Below are positions 45,736-57,677 of a stretch of 64,000 bases of DNA, piece by piece. Under the pieces are notes generated by a model. It was given only the letters and a program-made list of their open reading frames with translations. It made no database searches and was not told the DNA's origin. Every line of letters begins with the position of its first letter. The stretch's first letter is position 1. The translations under genes were made by a program, and so were the position numbers. Source of the stretch: the human T2T-CHM13v2.0 reference genome, Homo sapiens; NCBI RefSeq assembly GCF_009914755.1, contig NC_060928.1; one strand, written 5' to 3'.

Positions 45736-45810
45736 GTATAAATGACCAAGGATTGTACAGAGTTGTGGGGGTGAGTTCAAAGGTCCAGAGACTTCTGAGT
45801 ATGTTGATGG
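45736..45810 (+). CDS. ARHGAP10: ARHGAP10 coding exon (probably exon 14), RhoGAP arginine finger, 75 nt
   Basis: ttcccatag|GT ATA AAT ... TTG ATG G|gtatgc; (G)INDQGLYRVVGVSSKVQRLLSMLM; catalytic Arg codon AGA at 45759-45761; phase 1 to 1. Confidence 0.95.
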
Positions 45811-47804
45811 GTATGCCTCTTTTCTAATCATTTTTCCATGTGTTATTTGTGTATGTTCATTGACTTCACAGCTTAATATTTCATAATAATGTAGAGAATA
45901 CTTGTCATTCCATTCCTCTACTTTCTACAGGAGTTTTCTGCTGAGCAGAGACAATTGACCCACAGAAGTAGATTAGTATTTGCATCAGCATAGATTGTCT
46001 ATTACCTCTTATTAAGAAATGAAAAAAGAATGCACCCCCTGGTTGACTATCTTCCTGTGCTTGCTTCTCACAGGGAAGTGGCAGTCAGGCCTCTATGATT
46101 TGCGTGGCTTCCAAATAGCCTGTCCAGAATTGTGACAGTACATTTGGTTGGACAAGACCACTGGGACTCGCTCATTTTTATGGAGCTTCCAAAACTGTCA
46201 TTTGACAGCAAGGGTCTGATTCTCAGGGATTCATTGGTATTCACAGTGGCTTGTTTGTAGTTCACACCAGGCTCTCCTCCAGAACCATGCATGCTCCATC
46301 TGTGCTGATAACACAGTGTTCTTTGGCATCGCAGACTAGAGGAAGCCAGAAAGTGAATTCATTTCATTACCCCAGACATTATGTGAATGACAAAGCGCTT
46401 TTACATTACACACTGCTGTCAGTTCATTGCCACCTGTAAGACACTCCACTTCTCCCCCACCCCAAAACAGGCTGCCTCTTGAAGAGTGATGATAACTCAT
46501 CAGGCTAGAGGGCCTGTGTATCAAACCAATCTGTCATTATGATCTTGCTACATATTAATTTATTTGATACCTTACTTTAATTAATCAATATTAACAGTGC
46601 CCTCAGGTGTGCTGTGAATGCATTCCAACCTGTCTGCATCTTAAAACATTACAGCAAAGAGTCATTTTTAGGAAGCATGAGCCAAGTTGAATAAAATCAA
46701 CTGCCATGCTACAGATAGGATTGCTTGTTTGCCTATATTTGAATTAAGGATTTAATAAGCAACAATCTTTTATAAGCTATTAACCACAGGAGAAATTGCC
46801 CGTCATCAGTTGGAGAGCCTTATTAGAATACATTCACTTCCATAAGCTGTTTTCATTTTCTGCCTCTCTGGTTTAACTTGGGTGTGCAATTTTGGCAGTC
46901 AGATTTTCCTTTTTACCAATAGTGGTCTCCAAATTAAATAGACTCAGGTTGCCAGTGGTTCAGTAGCAGCTGGAAGAATTTAATGGGAGTACAGCATCTG
47001 CTTTTACTTAATTTTAAAATTGGAATCACTTCTTTCATTTCCAAGATGGTGTTATGATGATTAGAACTGGAAGAGTATATTGATAACAGAATGGGAAATG
47101 TGGACTGAAAGGCACATTTTGCTGGTAAATTGGTCCTAAGGACCTGGCATTATTTTTATTATCATCTTGTTCCTGTTCAAGGAAAGTTTGAACAAGGGTT
47201 TTTCTGTGGTCACCTTGAAGTGCTAAGCTGTCTCAAAATTTGTTGGTCATCTCATAAAATTCTACGTGTACAGCATTGCTAAACTCAGCGTGGTAGTTTG
47301 CTCTGCTCATGGGAAATGTCCCAAGCCAGTCCTTAACTTACAAGGTGTTTTTAAATATCTAAACCCTCAAAAAATTCGTGACCTGGAAAACTGTTTTTAC
47401 TTTTCATGGGCCTCAGAGTAGAGAAGCCCAGGACATGAGTGTGACACAACCTCACACATATTGCTGGCAAGGGAAATGCTTATGTTTTCAGTAATACCAT
47501 TCTGCAATCAGAGGAAAGTTAGAGAATTGATGTGAGACAGATACTGACTTGTTACCTCCTCATTAAGCCATTCATTTAAGAGGGTTACACAATATACATT
47601 TGTTTTGAGTAATCTATAAATAATTCCTAGTGTGAATTTAAGATTATCAGTCAAAAACTTTGGATTTTCATTAGCATTAATACCATTTTCTTATTACCTT
47701 ATGCTACCAATACAAACCTTAGCCCTTGACAAAATATATTTATTTGCTATTTCCTAATCACTTAAATGTTTCCTTATTTCTTTCCTTTTATTCTGATGGA
47801 GTGG

Positions 47805-48448
47805 ACTTGTCTCTTTTTTCTGGTGTGTTTTTTCCCTTCATATTGAACACTGATTGAGTGTTCAAATGGAAATAATTTAACGCCTCTTCCAAAAAAAGGG
47901 TTTTAGAGTTTTGAATAGTCATGTCTACATAATCTTAGGGGCATTTTTTTCTCCAACTTTTCCCATTTTGCTCATTGTTAGAGGGTTACATGTATATCCT
48001 GAAGAGGAAAAAATTGTGTGGGTCTGCCAAGTTTTTAACTTTGCTTTTTTAAAGCAATTAGTGTTTATTATTATTCCTGCAGGTAATAGGTTTATTTCAA
48101 ATTTGAATTTTTTCAAGGAACATTTTGTTTGTAATGCATTGTCTTTGTAGAAATGGGAAATAATTTAATTTTTAAGTATTTGAGAAACAGTCCCAAGCCA
48201 TGTACTATTTTTTGAGGAGAGCTGCCATTTATCCAATTCTCTGTAGTTCTTGAGAGCTAATTATTTACTTTAGAATTTTTTATTGCCATTTTTACACAAA
48301 GTACTTTGTATTGTTTGTTAAAGTGTTTTAAGTCTTATTTAAATACTCATGTAAAAGTTTATAATGATTTCTAAAAGGGTATATGCTTAATCTCTTGCAT
48401 GTTTTTTCACTTGTCTCTTTTTTCTGGTATGTTTTTTCCCTTCATATT
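47805..48448 (+). repeat. 40-bp dispersed direct repeat (47805-47844 and 48409-48448)
   Basis: acttgtctcttttttctggt(g/a)tgttttttcccttcatatt, 39/40 identical, 604 bp offset. Confidence 0.92.
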
Positions 48449-50810
48449 TCATATTAAAATAGCAAAATGTTTCTTTCCACTATCCTTCTCTCCGTCCTCC
48501 TTCTCCTGCCCCTTTGTTCCCTCCTTATCCTCTTTATTCTCTCCCCCTTCTTTCCTTCTCCCCTAATTCCCAGCTGGCATGAAATAGCAATGACATTGAC
48601 CATAGAAAACTGTCTAAATAGAGAGGCAGTTATTCTCCTCGAGGCCAGGTAAAGGAGCAGGCAGCTGCCTTCCTCCATCCGGTGATGAGAGGGTATTCTT
48701 AGTTGTCTTCCCCTCTGGGAGCCTAAGGCAGCTATCCGCTGGATTTCCAGCAGCCTCTAAGCCTTTCCCTGGACCAAGCTTCTTAAGCTGCTGAAAGAAC
48801 ATGCCCATATAAGCAGATGCCTGCCTTTTTCTTCCCCTTTGCAGCCTCTAAGACAGGGCGCACAGATTTGGTAGAAGTTGTTATTGTTTTTGTAAAGTAG
48901 AAACTTAGCACAGTTTGGAAAGGCAGGGAGAAATATCAGATGAGTTGTCTTTAGGTGAGTCATGGTTTTTTAGTAAATGGAGTGAGAATGTAAAATATCA
49001 ATTACAATAGTTCATGGTAGATTAGAACTGATACGAGGTAGAATTGTTATACATTCTTCCTTCTTCCCTACTTTAGTTTAAAACATCAGAGTGGAAGAAG
49101 AGGAAATTGTGAGAAAATGTGGTAGTAGTTTGTGTGGTCTGGTGAGCTCAGTGGTTAATTCTAAATCTGATTTGCAAGAAGGGCTGGATGACCTTATTTT
49201 CACACATAAAACCACAGAAAACAAGAAATGAGAAGAGTTTTACTTGAAAACCATTACCTTGTTTCCTTTGTAGGACAGCTTTGTTGCATAGATTGGGGAA
49301 AAAAGTGAACTAACGTAGCTGAAAAGTATAAAACATATTTTCAAAATTCATCCATTCACTGTGCTTTTTCAAGTACTTTAAAATTGGACCTAAGTCAGTG
49401 TTGAGTAGGGTGCTAGCAGCTGCATAAAATTGCACTTTGCATTTAGGTTGGACTGCAGATTTTCAGTTTCAAAAAAATGACCAGTGGTTACGTAAGCGTG
49501 AAACATTCACCCAAATAAAAAGTCAACTCTTTTTATCTGTGCTTGTTAGTTTAGATTTTTAACAAACCCGTAAAGTGTCCTTCCTTGGTCAGAAAGGAAG
49601 CAAATTGTTTTTATCTTTCTTATGGTAGAACATGTATTCTGAATGAACCCTCCAAATGTATTTTCACATTTGAATCCCAAATAATTATTAAATTCTGCCT
49701 AGTCCCAGTGCATTCACTGATTCTAAAGGACTGCTAGGGATGATTGAGCTATTTGAAAACAGTGAAAATTTAAGAGAGAATTAGTAACATAGACACTGTG
49801 TAGTCATTTGCTTCTGATGTGACAGCTGCTTTTTATTCCATGAATTTAGAATGATGGCTTATTTTTCCATAGACAGAATATGATTCTCAAAATACGGAAT
49901 CATAATTTGGTAGAAAGCTGGAAATAAAAGATTTCCTTTAGAAGCCTCTTGGATTTTAAAAAGGTGGTTTGCTGGTAGCAAGTTGATTGAAAATGTTATC
50001 TGACTTGTATGTTAAAACGAGATTTAAATAATTGATTTAATGAGAGAGAGAATATTCAGTTACTGAAGTAATTGGTTGGCAAAGTCTTTAGAACAGAATT
50101 ATTTAGTCCTAGTTATAAAGGATTGCACCTTTAATCAGGGGGCTTAATTTGATTTCTTGAATGTATCTGTGGCTTGTCTGACAAGCTCAGTAACAAATGA
50201 GTTCAGAATTGTAGGAACTGATCAAAATGTAATCAGTGTCAATTGCCATTGTTGTAGTTTATTGCATATTGCTGTCAGTTGCTGTAATCAAGAAATGTTG
50301 AAGTGCTTTAAAAGTCTTCAGACCTTTGAGTAATTGACCTCATATGTATGATGCTATGCCTGTGAAATAACCATCACTTCCTGTTTTACTTTATCTTCAG
50401 AAAGTTTCAGCCCAACATTGAGTTGTCATCCACCCTTCATCATCCCAAGCCTAAAACTTTTTAAGTAGCATGCACGACTTAATGTGGTGGTCCCATTTTG
50501 ACAGGTTTTTCTTTTTAGTGTTTTTAAAAAGGAAATGCTAACAAGATGTTGCCTTCTCTATGAAGACAAATACAGTATAAGGGAGGGAAAAAACCCTGAA
50601 ACAACGAGGTTTTTTTTGGTCTTAGTTAAGACATCATCGTGGAGTGAGGGAGAAATAGTCTTTTCCATGAACCTCTTACTTTCTCCTTTGCATAGTAGGT
50701 GTGTAGAAAACCAGGCAAATTGATATTGATGGCTCAATATCATTCGTCGTAACCCATTTCCTGCCTCCTCCCTTTGGGTAGGTACCATCACTGCTTGCTT
50801 ATACTTTTCA

Positions 50811-50821
50811 GTGACTCAGCA
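50811..50821 (+). promoter_or_regulatory. Consensus ARE / CNC-sMaf (NRF2, BACH1, NFE2) motif with embedded AP-1 site
   Basis: GTGACTCAGCA; motif match only. Confidence 0.4.
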
Positions 50822-50874
50822 GTGGCAATAACCTGCTACGTTTAATTATTTATGGAAATCTGTATACGTTCTTC

Positions 50875-51005
50875 ATTTGCCTTGATGCTCTCAATCGTTC
50901 TGTGAGAGCATTTACATTATCTCCATTGTGCAGATGAAGATCTGAAGTTCAGATAGGTTTGCAACTCGCTTGTGGTGGTATGGCTGGGCCAGGTTGTTAG
51001 AGGCG
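50875..51005 (-). mobile_element. MIR
   Basis: attatctccattgtgcagatgaagatctgaagttcagatagg. Confidence 0.65.
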
Positions 51006-51884
51006 TGTAAGCCCAGCTTTGTGATACCCATGCTGCATTCCTCCCTGCCGCCATGCCACAGCTGAGTGTACCAGCCCAGAGTTCTAAGAGTCAAAGAAGC
51101 CATCATACTCCTTAGGGGTTTGCCTTTCCTGCCATCCTTTCATTTTATTTCTACCAGAATTGACACTTTCCATTCCACAATTTACTAACTCTCCCATCTC
51201 CTTTTTTTTTTCCTGGTGCCATATACCTTTTCTTTAGAACTTACTAGCCGTTTTGAATTTTCTTCTTTTACTTTATAAAGAAGCAACCCTATTAACTGAC
51301 TTACCATTTGAAAGGATGTTTGTAAGAAACACATAATTACACGCTATATGGATAAAGAAAACTAGTTTAAGTTAGAATGAATGTCTAGAGTGTTGAACAG
51401 AGGCTTCCAATAAATATTTCCCGGATGACTATATTATAGTGTTAATGTGAAAGGTTAACTGTAAATGACTTTTTAAGTCTCTGTGTAGTTATTTTCTGTT
51501 TTGGTTGATCATATGTTAATTTCAGAAAGATAGTCTAATGAACAGAAATCCTGAAAATCTGAGACCAAGTTTATCATCCTTTCACCAGTTTGTTGCCATT
51601 CTGATAGTCATTTGGCCATTCATGGTGCCACCCTCGGTTTTCTGTGTCATGATGATGCAGGATTTTTTTGCTCCTTGGTTCAGCTAAATCCGTGTTTTTG
51701 TGTCATCACCAGGAAAAATTAGACATGCGGACACAGTGAAGGGTGAGGAGAGTGGAACTTATTAAGCTTAAGGGGAGTGCTCAGCAAAGAGAGGGGGTCC
51801 CACCAGCGGGCTCCCACCTCTCATATTGAACGCAAGGCCACCACACATGAATTGAAGAGGTCTGGCTCCTCCTTTGCATAAGGC

Positions 51885-51894
51885 GGGAATTCCC
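51885..51894. promoter_or_regulatory. Palindromic NF-kB site inside the MER61 LTR
   Basis: GGGAATTCCC; motif match only. Confidence 0.45.
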
Positions 51895-52005
51895 AGTAGC
51901 TCCACCCTGTTCCCCCAGTGCGCGTGTGGGCCCTTAGTCTAAGCCACTCCACATTGATTTATTTCCCTTTCTAAGCATGTGTTAAAAGACCGAAATTTTT
52001 ACCGT

Positions 52006-52025
52006 GGGCATGTATAGGCAAGCCT
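52006..52025. promoter_or_regulatory. p53 response element inside the MER61 LTR
   Basis: GGGCATGTAT AGGCAAGCCT: two RRRCWWGYYY half-sites, no spacer, 19/20 match. Confidence 0.7.
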
Positions 52026-52527
52026 TATGTGCACAATGACCTGGGTGGATCGGAGGTTCTCTGGGGACTCTACCCTACTTAGTTGGCTGTCTCCTGCCTC
52101 TATCAATACACAGTATGAGGGCAACAATGCCACCTAAAACACCTCAAACCATGTGCATACAACTGAAAGTGCCGCTTGCTATAAGCCAAGGCTACTGAGT
52201 GATACTGTTAACGATGATGATGATAATAGCTATACATGAATTACATTGTGGATGTTGAAATAATATACTATGTCTAATTCTTCCTTACTCCCAACCCATC
52301 TCTTATTTTTTGCTTTGATCTCTACTACAGATTTTACGAAGTGCCAGAAGTGTCTAGTCATAGAACATAGCTTATAGTATTTTAGAGAAATCATATATAT
52401 AATGTTTTCCTAGGAAACTGCAGGATTGTGGTTTGCCCATTTAAAAATGGAAGCTTTGTGAGCTAGACAAGAGGACCTTTGATGATCAAGGTTTTAATTA
52501 TTTTTTTCTTGTTTGCTTGCTCACTAG

Positions 52528-52615
52528 ATGTAAAAACATGCAATGAGGTGGACCTGGAGAATTCTGCAGATTGGGAAGTGAAGACAATAACAAGTGCCTT
52601 GAAACAGTATTTGAG
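52528..52615 (+). CDS. ARHGAP10: ARHGAP10 coding exon (probably exon 15), RhoGAP domain, 88 nt
   Basis: ctcactag|AT GTA AAA ... TAT TTG AG|gtaagc; (D)VKTCNEVDLENSADWEVKTITSALKQYL(R), containing the RhoGAP LKxYLR motif; phase 1 to 2. Confidence 0.95.
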
Positions 52616-53324
52616 GTAAGCTCCTCTCAGTAGCAAGAAAGAAGAATGGACTATTTGGATCTGTAACATAAAACAGATGCCAATTGTGTACATAAATATC
52701 AATAGTTAAATTAAGCCTTATTTTAAAAAGGGAAAATTTATCAGGTGTCTCAGTGTCCCAGAAAGAAAGGTAACTAGTAGATGCACATCAGTAATTAAGT
52801 AAATTGCAACAGAACAGAAATTGACATAGACTTGGGTTTTGAAATAGACATTTTTTGTGGATGTACATTTTAGGAATTAAACACTATGAAACAACTCGTC
52901 GAGGCTGATGATTGAATGAAGGCTATTTATTGAATTCATTGTGTCTTTATATTTTATGCTGAAATGATTTTTTAAAGTTTAAATGATTTGAACTTAGGCT
53001 TATGACAACATGTCAATGCAAAGCTCTTTGAAAAAGAAGTTTACTTGGTGAGGTTTTAAGATAAAGTTGTTTTCTATTTATAATAGAAAACATTTAGGAC
53101 TAGAGTTAGAGGGTAGCATTTTTTTATGAGTCACTGTCTTTTTTTTTTTTTTTTTTTTAAAGAAAAGAACTTAATGATAAGCTCAGGGTTAGATGAAGAA
53201 CAAGTATATAGACAGTTAAAAGAAAATGAAAAAAGATCACAACTGTAGTTTTTTTATATGCTGTGGTTCTGTTGGGAACTTAGATTTTCCATGGCAAACG
53301 AATGGCCTAGGACCAGTTCTTTTT

Positions 53325-53613
<289 letters not shown>

Positions 53614-53828
53614 TCAGGACCAGTTCTTTTTAACCATACATAGGGTTGTTTTTCAGGTAAAAGTTATTTGGGTTCCAGTGGATACATTCGAATCAACTTA
53701 TATGACGTATTTTGTATTTTTAAAAAATTATGAAAAATTTCAGATACATAAGATGAGAGTTTAGTGTAATGAACCCTCATGGCTCTATTATCCTGCTTCT
53801 TGAGTTATCAACATTCCATCCTTCTTAA

Positions 53829-54120
<292 letters not shown>

Positions 54121-54584
54121 CTACCTGCCACTTTTTAAAGATAATACTTTAAAGATTTTCTGAAACATCATATTACTGTACCCATAAATACTTCAGTATT
54201 TATCTCAAAAAGTCATTTTTAAAAAGTCAGTCAAAATATAATTATTATGCACAACAAAATTAATATCCAGCATTCAGTCCATGTTCAATTTTTACCAACT
54301 GTCTTCAAAAAGTCTTTTCATATTTGGTTTAAATCCTGCAGGATTTAAACTGTGCCAACTTTTCACTTGGTTGATAGGTTTTAAGGCTATTTTAATCTCT
54401 ACATTTCCTCCCTTCCTCCACCACTGGCATTTATTTGTTGATGAACCTGGGTCATTTTTGATTATATCTTCATGATAACATTTAACATGTTTCTTTAGCC
54501 ATGCTGTGTCCTGTAGATAAAGATTTTTCAAATGGGCTTTGTTAGAGTCAGGTTTTATTTTCTTTATTTCAAGAATGCATTGTA

Positions 54585-54985
<401 letters not shown>

Positions 54986-55318
54986 TTAATGATATAAAAT
55001 TTATCCGTGGGTGATAGTTATGTATTACCTATTTTCAAGTGCTTTGTGTAAAGAAGATGTTTTCAGCCACTGTTCTAAATTTTTTCTGAAACTGTTATGT
55101 GCACTATTGTTATTCCTGATTGATAAAGGGATGTATACTTATATCAGTATTGCCACTGATAGTGACTAACTGTGGTTTAGATGAGGATTATGGTAAAAAT
55201 GAATCTTGTTACTCCCAACTCTAGGATAAGAATTTAAGTTCCCTGAAGATAGGCATCTTTTAAGTCTTGTTCACTGCAGTATCCCCAGCAACTTGGAGCT
55301 GTGGCTGAGAAATTAGAA

Positions 55319-55526
55319 CAGTGTTTCTCAACTGAGGATGGTTTTGTCCCTCAGTGGGATGTTTGGCCATGTTTGGAGACATTACTGATTTTCACCATTG
55401 CTGGTTTGCAGTGCTCCTGGCATCTGGTGGCATCTGACATCCTGCAGTACATAGGACAGCCCACCCTCCCCCCCACAAATAATTATTTGATTCAAAATGT
55501 CAATAATTCTGAGATTTAGAAAGCTG
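55319..55526. mobile_element. MER20 hAT-Charlie DNA transposon
   Basis: cagtgtttctcaac...tttggagacatt...ggcatctggtgg...aaaatgtcaataattctgagatttagaaagctg. Confidence 0.8.
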
Positions 55527-56945
55527 TGTTAGACACATGAAGGAAAGAGTAGGTAAGGGATATAAACATATAATGAATTGCACATATTAACTTGACCAAG
55601 AGACGTACTGCCACTCTAGGAGATAGCTTTAAATCCATTTTACTGTTTAGTAGACTCATAGCTAGTGCAGGTAAAGGGATTGACTGAGATGACTCAGTTA
55701 TTGGTGGAAAACTAAGGGTGGAAATCCACCTTTTTGGCAATAAATTGCATTCTTTTTTTCCTCCATTCCGTATGGTTCTTTTCTTTTGCTGTGTGGGAGG
55801 AATTTGTTTAATAAACTAGAGGCCCTTTTTATTTAGTACATAGGATTTCTTTTTGGATCTTGATATTCTCGGAAGCTGGTTCCTTATTGCCCCTGGTCTT
55901 GTGTTGCTTTTTCTGTCTTTTTATTTTATTACCTTGCTTCATCCTATGGAATTTCACTTTTAAACAAACATTGCCTACAGAACGACATTATGAAATGTTA
56001 TTATTATATAACTTCACTTCTAACAAAATACACATTCTGCCTGAATGTGATAAAGTGAATTATCATAAGATGGCAGATGCCTTGGGAGATTTGAAAGTTG
56101 GGTTGCTGTTCTTTTCCCCTATGTTATTTTTAGCGATGGAAAATGCAGTAATTAGGATTTAATTGACCCTTTTTTTTCTCTAAATTTTGGTGATGCATCA
56201 AATGGGATAAAACTGGGTTTTTATCTACCTCCATTTTGGCAGCAGGGTTCTGGCCCAAGCAAGTGTATTTCTTTCTGCATGAGAGGTAATACAGTGTGAT
56301 GGTCAAGAGCAGGAGGTCTGGAGCCAGCCTGCCTGCCAGGGTTGGAGCCCCAGCTCTGTCACTCATGGCACCATGGCGTGAAGCTGAATATAGCTTTTCT
56401 CACCCAAAAAAGCTCTTGCCCTTGAATTCTTCTCACTGCAAATAACCCAGCTATCTTATTGGATGGGATGTTGGAGGTGGAGGGAGGAAAACAGCCAAAG
56501 CCCCAAAGCACCAAACTAAAACAAGAAGCAGGTCCTCCAGGGTCTTGGAGAAGGAAAAGTATGTGCAGTGGACCGATGTGTGGCATCCCTCTTTTTCTTC
56601 TACTGACGAGGCAATTTTTTTTTTTAACTTCTCATGTTTTAGAGAGCTGAATACCAGCCCTCTGAATGATTTCTTATCTATGCAGACCATTATTTCGATT
56701 TTCAGAGATGTGTTCATTACAGCAGTTTTCTGTTGTGAGGGGACAAATGAGTGGTTTTGTGATGTTTCTAGTCAAATGATTTTACCTGGAGGAAACTTCT
56801 TTTAAGCCTGGAAATTGTAATGGGACTTTTTGGGAGGGAAATGCCAGCTTAGGTAAATATTATGATTTATATCCCCCAACAGATCCCAACGAGTGGCAAA
56901 GAGAGGTGGCTCAAAAACATGTCGGGTGGGAGGCTGAGAGTTGCA

Positions 56946-56960
56946 GTGACTCAGCATAAT
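56946..56960 (+). promoter_or_regulatory. Consensus ARE / CNC-sMaf motif with AT-rich 3' flank
   Basis: GTGACTCAGCATAAT; motif match only. Confidence 0.45.
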
Positions 56961-57544
56961 ACATTCTGTATGGGGAACTTGTCATTTTTATGGCTGCTTC
57001 CCTAATGTTAACAATATTTATTTTTTTATGCTGCATTGCCTAGCTAGACATATGGCAATGATATAAGTAACTTGTAGAAGATATTCAGATACAAATTCAT
57101 TTTTATTGGAAAAGAAATGTATTTCTAAGGTTTCTCATTCCCCCCCTCCCTCGACCCCACTTTTCTTTTTAGCACCCTTTAACTTTCCTTCTCTGCTAGA
57201 TAACCATTTTTCTTCTTTGTTACCTCCTGCTTGTCTATATTTTGAAACAAACCCCCTAAAGACTTACTTCTGATTGGCCCTTCTTTCTCCTTATTTAGGC
57301 TGTGGTATAGTTGATTTTTTTTTTTTTTCATTTTCTTTGTGAAATGGGAATGTAGGGGGAAAAGGAGAGGGAGGGGAAATAAGAGCAGGACTTTTTCACT
57401 CATGCATTAAATTTTAGTTTATGGTTGTCATTTTGTGTTTGTATGTATATACTATAGCATCGTAAATTGTATGTAAGGAATATATGTACCTTAACATTTT
57501 TTTCTTTTATTTTTCAATTTTCTTTTCAAAACATTAAAAAAAAA

Positions 57545-57662
57545 TAGAAACAGGGTCTCACTTTGTTCCCTAGGCTGGTCTTAAACTCGTCGTCTCAAGT
57601 GATCCTCCCACCTTGGCCTCCCAAAGCACTGGGGTTACAGGTGTGAGCTACCATGCTTGACC
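57545..57662 (-). mobile_element. FLAM_C-like Alu monomer
   Basis: cagggtctcactttgttccctaggctgg...gtgagctaccatgc. Confidence 0.8.
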
Positions 57663-57677
57663 TATTTTTATTTGTTG

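Larger units (their letters stand above)
51653..52105 (-). mobile_element. Solo MER61-family ERV1 LTR
   Basis: Reverse strand reads tgatagaggcaggagacagcc...ccaggtcattgtgcac...ggcttgcctatacatgcccacgg...aatcctgcatca with TG...CA ends, matching the recalled MER61 consensus. Confidence 0.8.

Noticed and set aside
52463-52702. Minus-strand ORF over the 88-nt exon, and plus-strand ORF 61171-61353
   Set aside because: Antisense shadow and intron read-through of real ARHGAP10 exons.
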